Below are positions 1-11,699 of a DNA stretch of 64,000 bases, piece by piece (within the stretch, counting starts at the first letter, position 1; each line of letters starts with the position of its first letter). Made by a program: the position numbers and the translations under genes. The notes under the pieces are model-generated. The model had not been told where the DNA came from. It was given only the letters and a program-made list of their open reading frames with translations, and ran no database searches. Origin of the DNA: Cyanidioschyzon merolae (lineage: Eukaryota). Where the stretch lies: the NCBI GenBank assembly GCA_000091205.1, contig AP006502.2. One strand, written 5' to 3'.

Positions 1-2918
1 TCTTCGCTCGAAAAATGTTCTGCAGTGCATGTGCCAAATGGTATCAAATGCCTAACTGCAGACCGAAAAGCCTATGTTGGTGAACCTCGAGAGCTTCATG
101 GAGCGCACCGTGTGGGCGTTGTATCCTCATCTTCGTGGGCCCGCAAAGAAGAGCTGATGGAGGGGATTCTCTGCTCCAGCTTGTACATGAGTGCCACTAA
201 GTGTCACGGGGGCGATCCCTGGCATGGGCACGTGATGTCGCGCTGGGGCCGCCACCCGTATCGCAGTGCGGAGGCAAGAGGCGTGTATTCGGGCACACGT
301 TCAATGCGTCGGAAGAAGGAGATGATTGAGAGGTCGCGTCGCTTGCCCGTAGCCTATGGCGCTGCTCGTTCCGGGCAGCGTAAAACCTGCACTCGTACAG
401 CCTTCGCGCCGAATGTGCAACGACTGCAGGAATCGATGCTGCACAACTCCCATAGATGCATCCCCGACGACATACGCGCCTCACGAGCACGAGTGCACCC
501 TGCAACAGGCCCAGAAGCAGTATGTGGAATGGAGTCGCATGCACGAGATGGCCTACGACCAGCTCAGCAAACATCAGATGCCGAGGCAATCGCCAGTGAG
601 ACGCTCGGTATGGTAGGATTCCACAGGCCGCAGTACGCCCGAGCGAACAGGATCTGCGCGGAGACCTCAGCCCATCGATGACCTGCGGGTACCGTCTTGC
701 ACTTGCAGAGCGTCCGGCTTCCTTGCGACGAGCGAGTTCTCGATGTCTACGCTCAGCACGCATCAGTCTGGGCGCTTCGCGAAAACGCTGCAGACCTGCG
801 ACGGAAGATAGAAACCCCATTGCCCAGGAGAGCGGGCATTGGATTCAAGCTTGAAGCGAGCCACAGGTATGGTATGGTACCGCGATCCAGCAAGACTACA
901 GCGCTCAATATCTGCACCGAAAAACCTTTCCCGGGGCACCTGCTAGACGATATTTGGGTTTTGTTATTTGATTTTACGCAGCGTATCTGCTCGCCTACCG
1001 TCTGGGAAAATGTACTAGTCGAAAACAGTCAGGCCGACGGGTTCGTCGCATGATGCTTGCTCGTGTAGGCAACGCTATTCGCAAAGCGTTCGCTTCATTT
1101 CAAACACTATTTCCGCTGGGCGGGTGGCGTGGCGCGTCACGTTCCATGGTGCATGCTCTATCCAGTCCGCAGAAAGCGCTCCCAGACAGCCTGCTGAGCT
1201 TCGGTGTGGCCTGCGACATGAAAGGTCGACTTTGCTGCGCACTGGCTACACGAACAGCGCCCGACTCTTGCGCTTCGATCGATCATTTCGATGTTTCCGC
1301 GTACAGCACTGGCCGTAGCCTAAACACGACATGTTTGCCCGCCTGATGATATGGATCGCAGGCAATGCATCGCGATTATCGCCACTATGGAGCTAACGCA
1401 TCGCGTCATTCAGCGTAGCATCTCGTCATCGCTTAGTTCAAGCTCAAGAGTAGCAAATATTGTTTGTGCTTAATCATCCGCGAAGTGTTAGCGTCATCGA
1501 AACGACTGAAGCTGGCCATACACACACATACGGGAGCATCTGATCACATACATCCACCTTCAGTCAATAAACATGACTCGAGCTCTGGAGCGCGATTGCC
1601 TCACAAGCGAATGACTTGATCTCCCGTGGGGGGGGGGGTGCGCCATAATGCTCCGGTCTGCCGGGGAGCCGCTGCGCTAGCATTCTGCATCATACGTCGC
1701 ATCGGTTACATTCGCGGTAAGATATCGACATGCATCACCCGAGGAAGGAGCAAATTCCGTACGGAGGTAAAGCAGCAGCTATGCTGCAATGCACAACTCT
1801 GGCAACTACCCCGGGATACGTGGCGAACGCAATGAAATCTCCAACCAGTATCTCCGATTCGGCGCTTTTCGGCTGTCTGTGTCATAAAATGCTTCAGACG
1901 CCGAGTCTGAGTGGCGCTTCGCATAAGACTGATTCGCCTTCCGGCACCTTACCGGGTAGCATGCATGCTTAATGTTTGATGCAGTGTGACGGAGGCAGTC
2001 GTACGATGAGAAACGATCACACGCGTTGCCCGGTATTCGCTCTGTGTTGCCTGGACAACCGAATGAGTAGAGACCCATCTGGTGGAATCGGCAAACTTTC
2101 CAACGCTGCACAAGCCGCACCCATCCAACAACAACCTCGGACGCGAGCAGGACGCAGCACTCCGTGCCTGCTACGCACAGGTTTCGCTTTCGGTGCAACG
2201 CAGATGCCAAATCATCGATTCCAGTGCGCGTGGATAGAAAGCAATAGCTATGGCCAGTTATCTTTGGTACCTAGGCTGCGCTGAACAGCGACAGTCAAGG
2301 AGCAAGCGCTACCGCCCGGTAGAGAGCAGCGCCACACCTCGCGAAGCCGTCGAGTGTGCAGTGGCAGTCCTCCCAGCACGGTTGCACTGCTTCTAGAACA
2401 GAGTGCGCAACCCAGAGCAGTTCATAGGCGTGTCTCAATACCTGAAAACAAGTATCCAAGGCGAACGTTTACCGTGCAGCCTCCTCAAATGTGGTGCAAC
2501 CGATAGCTCCAGGAGTGTGTCAAGCCCTAGCGCATGAACCTGACGGATGCCTTCCGAGAGACTTTATTCTATCAGATTCAGCACACAATGGCGTAAAGTA
2601 CGTCTCCGATTCTTTCCAGGAGGCTCTGCACGCGAACGTACCTTGAAGCCCTGCTCCGGTCCGTGGAGCTCTCATACCAGAACGCAAAAGTAATTTCGTC
2701 TGCCGCTGCTTAACGACGCAACTATTGCCCTTTCCTGTAGCTCTGTACAAATGTAGGTGCCTACCTACCCGCCGTACTCGACTACCTTGCGTCCCTCAGT
2801 GCCGTAGCTGCTTGCCTGGTGTACACCTCAGCGCTCGAACGCATTCGCCGTACAGCGCAGCGTCGACTAAACGCGACACCACATTTGTCTCTCCTCGCGC
2901 TGCTCGACGGCCAGTCGT

Positions 2919-3911
2919 TTGCACTGGTCAGGGAAACCTGCGGCTGTCTCCGGAAACTTCTCGACCATGTTTGTAAATACTGCGCTGACACGCGTGCAAC
3001 TTGTGAGTCGCAGTGGTCAGTCTCCGTCCAAGACTCTAGTGCGGGGGGAACTGTACGCGTCACCTGCCGGGGCCTTTGTGCCCCGAGCACAACGCTTAGT
3101 GTCAGGCGTGACTGCAGCCAGGCCGAGTCGGACGCTTGCGCGTCAGACGCTTTCCATGAACCTCTTTTCCCGCTTCTTTCGCGTGATACGTGCGAATCTG
3201 AACGCGCTTGTCTCGAGAATGGAAGATCCAGAAAAAGTCTTGACACAGTCACTGGAGGACGTGCAGAAGGACCTGTTGCGGTTGCGGCAAGCCTACGCCG
3301 AGGTCTCTGCCAGTAAGAAACGACTGGAACGACAGCGGGAAGCGGCACTGAAAACTGCTGCAGAGTGGCAGCAACGTGCACGTCTGGCACTCGAGAAAGG
3401 TAACGAGGATCTTGCTCGCGAGGCTCTCCTCCGGAAGAAGCAACAAGAGGACATGGCCAAAGCGTTGGAAAATCAGCTGCGTATGCAGGCTGAAAATACT
3501 GCAAAGCTTTACAGCTCGATGCAGCAATTAGAAGCGAAAATATCGGAAGCACAAGCGAAGAAGGACGAGTATATTACGCGTGCTCGGACGGCCAAGACTG
3601 CAATCAAGGTGAATGAGATGTTGACGTCAGTGGACACGTCCAGTGCGTTGTCCGCGTTTGAGCGCATGCAGGAGAAGGTCGAAACCTTGGAAAGCCAGGC
3701 TGAAGTGAGCCGACAGATGATCGGTTCCGGGGATGCGAGTCTGGAGAGCCAGTTTCGGGCGCTGGAGGCCGGCACCGACGTCGATGAGGAGCTCAACCGG
3801 ATGAGGCGGGAACTACGAGGCGATTCCTCATATCGTGCTCTTCAAGCCTCCCGTGATCCTGAAATTGATGAGGAGATCCAGAGAATGAAACGGGAACAGC
3901 AGCAACGTTGA
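2919..3911 (+). CDS. VIPP1: VIPP1/IM30 (PspA family) membrane-remodelling protein with N-terminal extension (likely organelle transit peptide) and C-terminal extension
   Basis: The mature part begins 'MNLFSRFFRVIRANLNALVSRMEDPEKVL...', which matches the PspA/Vipp1 N-terminal amphipathic helix. Coiled-coil heptads run throughout. The C-terminal extension is typical of Vipp1 rather than PspA. The ORF is uninterrupted. Confidence 0.8.
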   Translation: MHWSGKPAAVSGNFSTMFVNTALTRVQLVSRSGQSPSKTLVRGELYASPAGAFVPRAQRLVSGVTAARPSRTLARQTLSMNLFSRFFRVIRANLNALVSRMEDPEKVLTQSLEDVQKDLLRLRQAYAEVSASKKRLERQREAALKTAAEWQQRARLALEKGNEDLAREALLRKKQQEDMAKALENQLRMQAENTAKLYSSMQQLEAKISEAQAKKDEYITRARTAKTAIKVNEMLTSVDTSSALSAFERMQEKVETLESQAEVSRQMIGSGDASLESQFRALEAGTDVDEELNRMRRELRGDSSYRALQASRDPEIDEEIQRMKREQQQR

Positions 3912-4522
3912 AGTATGAAACCGCAGCACGCGATTCTCCAGTCATATCCGCAGCCACTTTTTTGTGGCTCAGCCTCCTCAGTCGCTGCCACGGGCCTATC
4001 TGCAAACTAGTTTGTATGTGATACGAACGCATCAACCTGGGTAAAGATTCCAATATCAATCAGCTCTTATCGTTGATGCGTCACTGGACAGGGGCGTCAT
4101 GCGTTCGCGTGCGCTCGCGCATACGTTGTCCTTCAAGCCTAGACGGCCGTTGCAAAGGAAGACGCATGGTCTGGTATGCTCACAGCCGCCTTCTATGTGG
4201 GTAGCGGCTGCCCAGCGAGGAGAAATCACGGCCAGCAGTTGCGAGCAGAAAGGCCTGCCCAGGCGAACGGGGAAAACCTGAGCAGATGCTCTTTTTTTCA
4301 TCGAATCAAGGTTCACGATGGGGTTTAGTGACGGAGACGATCACCAGCGAACTCTCGATCTGAGCCCGTTCGCACATCAGCTTGCGCCCTTTGACGATAT
4401 GGTTTGCGTTGTCTGCACAAGATAGAGTTGTAGGGAGCTTCTGGTCTGCAGGGCGTTAGCGATCAGAAATCGTCTCCAGTTTCCCCGACGCAATATGATC
4501 TTGGCGTACCAGTCATTTATCT

Positions 4523-6121
4523 ATGATCAACGAAGATGAGACATGGCGCTCCATTCGATCGAGACTGGACCCACCAAGAAAGTGCTTGGGGCTCACACCA
4601 ATCGTTTATAAGGAAGAGCTGAGGACGGAGAGTGCCTCAGTGAATGAGGCCTGCACAGACCACGGGACAGAGCTGCATGAAGACGCAACTGGGCACTGCC
4701 AAGACCCAATCTATTGGCACCAATATGCTGCAGAACTACCGCGCCTCGACCCGGTACCGGTATGGAACGACCCAATCTTCTGGCCTGAATCTGTCCGGAC
4801 CCTCTTAAGGTCATGCAACCGCAAAACACCTGGCTTTGACGGTATCCCTGCGGAGTGGATGCAACTGGCGACCCCAGAAGACGAGACAACAGGGACACCA
4901 TCGATACCAAATGAATCTGACAGAATCCTGGGCAAACGCCTTCTGGAGCTCATCCAACGCATGTTTGAAGAAGCGTACATCCCGGATGTACCGAGGACTG
5001 TCGAGGTCGTACTGATCCTCAGAAAGGACTCTTACACACAAAGACATGAACATCTACCGGACTATTCGCCTCATCCCGTCTATCATGAAGCTACTTTTGC
5101 GCCATCCTCACGAACCGGATCCAGAGGCGCCTCGAGGAACGCAAGTTCTTCGCCCCAGGGAGGGCTGGATTCCGGAGCCGCGAGGAGTGCATGAGCCATG
5201 TCCTGACCCTCACTGAAGTGGCGCAACGTCGCTTCATTAGCGACCAACAACCAACTTACGTATGCTTCATCGACTTTCAAAAGGCCTTTGACACGGTCCC
5301 GCACGAGGCTCTATTTTAGAAGATGGAACGAGCCCAAGTCTCCGGAAAGTGCTTGGCGTTCTTCCGTGCGCTCTATGCAGACTCGTGGATGCGCATCCGA
5401 CTGGGCGATGGCTCAAGAACCCCTTGTATAAGAATCCGCCGTGGACTGCGACAGAGCGACCCCACATCCCCGCTCCTTTTCAACATCTTCATCAACGATC
5501 TGCTGAACAATTGCAGACAATACGGGCTTGAGGTGCCGTGGATAGACTGTGGAGATGCTCGGTGAGGAGCGCCCACATGGGAACCGCCTCGCAGGCCTTC
5601 TATTTGCGGACGATGTCGTGCTGTTGGCACCCGCCCCGGGAACGCTTGCGGGTAGCATGGAACAAGTCAGCGCCTGGACCGATCGCTGGGTTATGAGCAT
5701 AGGAGCATCGAAGTGCGGCGTCATGCTCATCCATGGAGACTCGCAGTGCATTCGCAATCGCTCGTGGCGGTTGCAGAGTCAGGAAATTCCAATCGTGGAA
5801 AAATATCGCTACCTGGGGGTCTGTCTCACGCCGACGCTCGACGAAAAGGCACACATCGACGAGATGATCGCCAAGATGCATAGACGTACAGCGATCGCAC
5901 GCCCATTCCCATCCGACCCCTCTATCCCCTTAGCAATCCGTACCAGGGCACGAAGGATGTGTATCATCCAGCCTGCGACCTGGGGTGCTGAATGGTGCGG
6001 CATGAAGCACCCAAATGCCTCGCGTCTGCAGACAGCCGCCAACATGGCAATGCGACCCGTTGTTGTCGTTGGATGCTCAATGCAGAGCAGAGCGACCAAC
6101 CCGCCTGGCACTCGGACTTGA
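4523..6121 (+). mobile_element. Non-LTR (LINE) retrotransposon reverse-transcriptase relic, frameshifted into at least three frames
   Basis: RT motifs are spread across frames. They include '...YRTIRLIPS...' (the RPISL-like motif), 'FQKAFDTVPHEALF', 'GLRQSDPTSPLLFNIFINDLL' and 'LLFADDVVLLAP' (the F/YxDD box). No single intact ORF remains. Confidence 0.7.
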
Positions 6122-7410
6122 ACTCCAAATACCCTCGACAGAGGCGATAGCAGCAGGCTGCCGGGCATGTATACGGGCCAAAGGGCCCAGCATGTGCACC
6201 TGGTTCAGTCGGATTCTCATGCAGACCCCAACGCACCGCGAGAAAACTTGGATGAAATCGACGCAGATTTAGCTGAGGCGCCTCTTAGGCGAAAATACGC
6301 TCCACTCGTTCCCCAGAAATATAGAATTCTCCCGTCGCCTCAAGCGAACGGTCCAAACACCAATATGGGAAAGTAGACACGGTACCAGTCGCGCCAGTAA
6401 CGCCGGCTTGACTCTATACCGGAACTACAACCTAGCATACACATGCAAGTACTGGTAGGAGGCGCTGGAATTCCCGGGACTTGCTCGAGGTACCCAGTTG
6501 CTCGCCAAAATCCGCGTTGGTGGCTTCCGGCTGGCAGCACCGTCTCTAAGCCGGATAGGAGCACTGGAATCGCACTGGGAGTTACACTGACCCTGCTGAG
6601 GAAACGAGACCCCCGAAACGCTGACATATTTGGGCATACAGTGCCCGCGCTGGAAACAGGAGCGCAGCGAGCTCCTTGAAGGACAGCAGCAGCTGGGCAT
6701 CACCTTGATAGCCAAACGCCGGACACTCACTTTGAGTGTAGCACTGGCAACTGATGGTCCGCTAACCGAGCCTCAGCGCTCATTAGTGACGAACAAACTC
6801 ACACTTTACCTTCTAGGCAGCAGTTCCAGCGAATCGGATACGCACACGGGGCCAGTGCGCTTTCTGCGCCTACCCACTGTGGTGGGTGTCAAGCACAAAC
6901 CCGCATTGCCAACCGACAACAAAGCACTCCATGCATGATCACGAAGGAGAGAGGCGGCTCCCAGGATATATCCTAACAGCCAAGTTTCTCCAGCGTGTCG
7001 TGCAGCGAAGGAAAGCCTGCATCCGCAGACTGTCCAAGCACAAACTGACGACGAGACCCGATTCTACGTCGGGTGAAGCACGCCTCGAGCCGACGCCCTC
7101 TGTGGTATAGAAAAGCTGTTCCAGCTCGGTGAACTATCTGCTCTAGCATTTAAGGTGCAAAGGCGAATACGGAACGGCAGGTACGAAGCACACACAATAG
7201 GACGTATGAAACCACCAGAATATCCGAGAAAAAGTCTGGGTAATGTAACTTGGAGATAGAGGGTTTGATGGATACTTTACAGTGCACTGAAAAACACAAA
7301 AAAAAGTAGGAAACAAATACACATAATTGGAAAACGCTCGCCTAAGTAAACGTTTTGTCGATGAAAAAAATGCATTCAGGGCACCGTCCGACAGGGGCGC
7401 GCACGCCGCT

Positions 7411-7432
7411 GCCTGCCTGCCTGCCTGCCTGC
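7411..7432. repeat. (GCCT)n microsatellite
   Basis: gcctgcctgcctgcctgcctgc is visible directly in the sequence. Confidence 0.85.
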
Positions 7433-7604
7433 TGGCTCGTCGAGTGGCGCCGCCCTGCCAGGCGATGCGCGTGCCCAGTGATGCGCGTTGTCCGTTTTGT
7501 CCCTTTTCACTCCGTTTAGACAGCACACGCGCTGACGCGACGCTACTCCTGCTACCCGGCGCTCCGCGCTGTGGCTCTGCGCTGGTCCAACGTTTGGTGC
7601 CGCA

Positions 7605-9194
7605 GTGGTCATGGTCACTGTGGAGGACCTTTTGCAACAGACAGTCCCTACGGGGAAGCGTCGTAGTGTGAGAAGCTCTTTAAATGACTCCCTAAACACC
7701 ACCGCGAGTTCTACTGTGGCAAGCGCGGGGAGCCAGGAGCCGGGACACGTGTCTGCGCCAGCGGCAGGGCAACGCCCTGCTTCCCCGAAGCAGCAGGCGT
7801 CGGAGCGCGTACAAACTGCGGGGCGTTGGCGCATCGGAAGTGTATTCAAGAGGCTTTTTCAACGAGCAGCACACCGGCCTGCTGTGCCGCAGCCTTCAGC
7901 GGAGAGCCCGGCCAATCCGGACGAAGGCCCCATCCTCCGACGGTACTCGGAAATAACCCGGGAGCTGCTTAACAACTGGGTCGAAAGCGACGCGCCGGAA
8001 CTGGCGCCGCCGAACGACAAGCTTGGTGAAGAGCGTGTAGAGGAAGATAGCACTCTAGGGGTCGACCATAACTTGCCGCCTAGCGAACGTTCATATCGGA
8101 GACGCGTATCGCGGAGACGACGGTTTATACGCGCCATGACGTGCGGGATTGATCCTAACCCAGAGGATGGAGATGCGGAGCCTACTCCCCAGCTCTATGC
8201 ATTTCGTAACCAGGAACTTCCAGCGGTGAAACCGCTCTTCCTTCCCTGGTTCGTGGCATTGATTCTACTCGTACTGGGTGTAGCCTGCCTGGGTATCGGT
8301 ATTTACCTCTCCGTTACGAACAACTCCTTGCGCCGGTCTATACAAGTGCGATACGACGACAAGTGCTCCCTGAATGAACAGGATTGTGTTGTTCAAGTTA
8401 ATGTACCAGAACGATTGACTGCTCCGGTCTACGTATGGTATCATCTCACAAATTTTTATAGCAATCATCGCATCTATGATGAATCTAGATCAGCTCGCAT
8501 GGATGAAGGGCACTGGCCGCTGACCTATTCGCAGGTTCGAGACTGCCTACCCAAGCTGTACGGCGGGAATGTAACAGCGAACAATCCTAACGGGTATCTC
8601 GTACCCTGCGGGTTGATTCAGTACTCACAATTCAACGACACCATTCATCTGTGCTCGAGCCCCGATGTTTCCGCCTCTAGTTGTACAGTCCTCAGCGGAA
8701 ATGACTGGACGGATGTTGGAGTTGCCTGGGAGAGCGATATTAATGCACTATACCACAATGGTACCGTGGATCCACCATTTACACCTGCGGTGAATGCACG
8801 CATCACGAGTCCCGATTACATCGTCTGGCAACGCATATCCAGCGGATCGAATTTTTTGCGTCTATATCGCATCATTAATCGAGACCTTGAACCCGGCAGG
8901 TATTCACTCAAAATCGCAAATAATTTCAATTCATATGCTTATCGTGGGTCCAAATATGTGAATATCGGCAAGGTTGCTGTCTATGGCATGAGGAACACGG
9001 TGCTTCAAATTGCTTACCTCACGACAGCTGGTGTGCTCCTGGTACTCGCGCCGGTGGTTATGGTGACCTACTGGTTGAGCAATCGCCGGATTGCAGATCC
9101 CAACAGCCGATTCTTGAAACAGATCATGGACGAGATCGACGATGCAGCGTGGATCGGAGAAGCGCCCGAATCTGCGAACTCGAGTGCGCTGTGA
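7605..9194 (+). CDS. CDC50/LEM3 (TMEM30) family P4-ATPase beta-subunit
   Basis: The N-terminus reads 'FRNQELPAVKPLFLPWFVALILLVLG' and is followed by a TM helix. The signature 'YVWYHLTNFYSNHRIYDES' (YYxLxNFYQNHRRY) is present, and a second TM lies near the C-terminus. The true start is probably the internal Met at ~8136 ('MTCGIDPNPEDG...'). Upstream the ORF is low-complexity. Confidence 0.8.
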   Translation: MVMVTVEDLLQQTVPTGKRRSVRSSLNDSLNTTASSTVASAGSQEPGHVSAPAAGQRPASPKQQASERVQTAGRWRIGSVFKRLFQRAAHRPAVPQPSAESPANPDEGPILRRYSEITRELLNNWVESDAPELAPPNDKLGEERVEEDSTLGVDHNLPPSERSYRRRVSRRRRFIRAMTCGIDPNPEDGDAEPTPQLYAFRNQELPAVKPLFLPWFVALILLVLGVACLGIGIYLSVTNNSLRRSIQVRYDDKCSLNEQDCVVQVNVPERLTAPVYVWYHLTNFYSNHRIYDESRSARMDEGHWPLTYSQVRDCLPKLYGGNVTANNPNGYLVPCGLIQYSQFNDTIHLCSSPDVSASSCTVLSGNDWTDVGVAWESDINALYHNGTVDPPFTPAVNARITSPDYIVWQRISSGSNFLRLYRIINRDLEPGRYSLKIANNFNSYAYRGSKYVNIGKVAVYGMRNTVLQIAYLTTAGVLLVLAPVVMVTYWLSNRRIADPNSRFLKQIMDEIDDAAWIGEAPESANSSAL

Positions 9195-11039
9195 ACCGCA
9201 ATGCCGTGTGCCCTACAGTGCTTTCACGTGCAGCTACACGACGACTGTACCTGTGGTTGCGCCTGTCCATGGTGAACGCAGGGCAAGGCGCACAAATAGC
9301 GGGAGCGCCTCGACTATGGCACTCAAATGGGCCCCTGCTGGACCAGCATCCCATGGGAGGTACTCGTCGACTCTACTTAGAGAGACTGTGAATCATACCG
9401 GATTCTCACTGGCCTGCATGCAGTTCATACGCCTGCTGAACTTGTTTTGGCGCGTGCGCCCTGTGTCTCTGTGAAACAGTTTGGGTAGCATCTAGTTCTG
9501 AGCGTTGCGTCTGGCAGAGCTGTTGAGTTCCTTGTAGGTTACTCGCCCATGCATATATCATCATGGCGACTATCCGGTCTCGGCGACTTGTTCAGCGAAG
9601 GCGCCGGGGATACGAAGCGTGAAACTGAGAGCGCCGGTTCCCCTCGTGATTTCCGTATCAGAGTTACAAGGTGTTAGGCCTCGCGATGCGTGCAGTCCTG
9701 GAATGCACGCTCCGGCACAGTGTTGCCACGTTCCGTGCTGGACTCTACGTTTGCGAATTCACCACTCGATGCGAGTCTGTGCATACGCGGGAGATTCGCG
9801 CTTGCAAAGCTGCGGTCCAAATTGTTCGTTTCCGGTTTCTGGTCTGTATTTCTTGTGTACAGTGCCTTGGTCAGAAGGAGCGGATCGCTAGGAGGCTCAG
9901 CATCGCGGGGTCCGACGGTAGGGCCCAGGTCGCGTTGCCGGCGCATCCAGGTCTGTAGCTATTCGTGAGAAACCAGATGTGGGCTGTCGGATCCCGTGTT
10001 CCCGAATGAGGCAACTCTTCGTGTTGCGGTCGAAGGAGAAGCTCCTTCGTATCTAGCGGAAGGGCGAGATTCCGCCAGTGTCATCTCACAGGCAGCAACA
10101 CAAGCGAGCACAAACAACCTCCAAAAACTGCGCGCTCGCAGCATGAGCGCCGGATCGTAGCCCCTGTTGCGCGCAGCTGGAAACCTCACTCCGATATCGA
10201 GCGCCCGCCTCGATAACCACGGCTGGTTGCTTGCGACCAGAGGCGGTATCCAGGCGCCGTTACCATGATCACACCAAACGCGGTCTAGAAGCTGAAAGCG
10301 TGCGACCTGCATATCATGTTCATTGGGTACTCAAACGAGCGATTTTGTTCGAATGTTTGAGAGCGCCCGCGGCAGTGCGTCGAGTTGGCCTCTGATTGCG
10401 CCATGGAGCTTGTCTAGTCGTCGAGAACATTTTGCACCTATGCTGAATATCCCGTGACATGAACTGAAATTTCACACGATACCTTTATTGGCTCGTGTTC
10501 ACGCTGAGTCTAGCCGTTGTTATCACTGTGCACCTGTCCTAAGAAACTCGTATCGTAAACTGCAATTCCAGACCGTGCACTGGCCGGTTCGCTTCAAAGT
10601 GGAAAGTAGCATCGGCGGCGTTGTTCGATATTGGCTGTGAACGGGTTGGTGACCTGCGTGGGTGTCTTGTTCACCTCAACCCTCTTCGCTGCTATCCGTA
10701 CTACGCGTACGCCAGTGCACAGGTTGCGCTCGATTCTAGCGTGCTTCTGCAAATCGCAACTAGACTCCCGAGAATGCACACGGACGTGCCAAAAGTCCTC
10801 TGCAAAATGCCTCGTAGGCCATCAGATACGGAAACACTGAGACCTCCCTGAATTCCTCTAACTCTGAGACAGAATTTTGGTCCCAAAGCCCACAAGAACC
10901 AGCCAAATTCAGAAGACACGTTTACCTGTTTGTCAGCGTTGACCGTTGGTATGCGAGCCTGCTGGTGCAGGTGTCGTACGCGCTCCGTAGAACTGAGGCA
11001 CATATTGCGCCAGCGATCCGATATCGCTGTGAGTCCGCC

Positions 11040-11180
11040 GAAGGGCCGGGCATATACACTGCATGGCTCACCCATGCTACTGATACTACCGTTGCAGCAG
11101 CAGCAGCAGCAGCAGCTTATGATGATGGTGATGCACCTGATCATGATGCTGCTGCTATATATGCCCCCACAGATGAGACT

Positions 11181-11212
<32 letters not shown>

Positions 11213-11460
11213 TTATGACGATGGTGATGCACCTGATCATGATGCTGCTGCTATATATGCCCCCACAGATGAGACTACAGCAGCAGCAGCAGCTTACGAT
11301 GATGGTGATGCACCTGATCATGATGCTGCTGCTATATATGCCCCCACAGATGAGGCAGCAGCAGCAGCAGCAGCAGCGGCAGCTTGTGATGATGGCGATG
11401 CTACTGCTACAGACGCTACTATTCGTTTTACAGATTCTATAGATACAAGTGCGGCAGCGG
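11040..11460. repeat. Minisatellite: ~100-110 bp unit repeated ~3.5x with embedded (CAG)n tracts of variable length
   Basis: 'cttatgatgatggtgatgcacctgatcatgatgctgctgctatatatgcccccacagatgag(a)ctacagcagcag...' recurs. Both strands give long repeat-driven ORFs (polyQ/polyA, polyCys). Confidence 0.8.
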
Positions 11461-11699
11461 CGAGCGACAATGGGAAATCTGGGTGGTGTCAAGACCGCGT
11501 CGGGTGCGGCGCCGGGCAGGCGCGCTCGATGATGACTGGAAGCGCTGGAGAATCGCAGTGCAGCATCGCGTGAAATCGTCAAGCTATTTTGGGCGGTTAG
11601 CCCTGCTGCTGCTAGCTGTCAAACTTGGACCCGCTGAGCAACCACTGTCCCTGAGACATGCTACAGTGACAGCTCGTTTGCTCTGCTGCGCATCATCCG

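Noticed and set aside
1626-1637. A poly-G run (g10) and other homopolymers such as g6c5 at 45351-45361.
   Set aside because: These are simple homopolymers, which are likely sequencing-error hotspots. No functional inference is possible.
2782-3552. A 256-aa ORF antisense to VIPP1. Similar long antisense or overlapping ORFs occur at 197-820, 33812-34627, 35876-36553 and 13334-13885.
   Set aside because: They have Arg/Ala/Ser/Pro-rich composition with no motifs, and they lie opposite well-supported genes in GC-rich DNA. They are the expected spurious open frames.
10701-11582. A 293-aa minus-strand ORF with poly-Cys runs, plus overlapping plus-strand polyQ and polyA ORFs.
   Set aside because: The ORFs are generated by the CAG/CTG-containing minisatellite. 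Calling either strand coding is not supportable from sequence alone.
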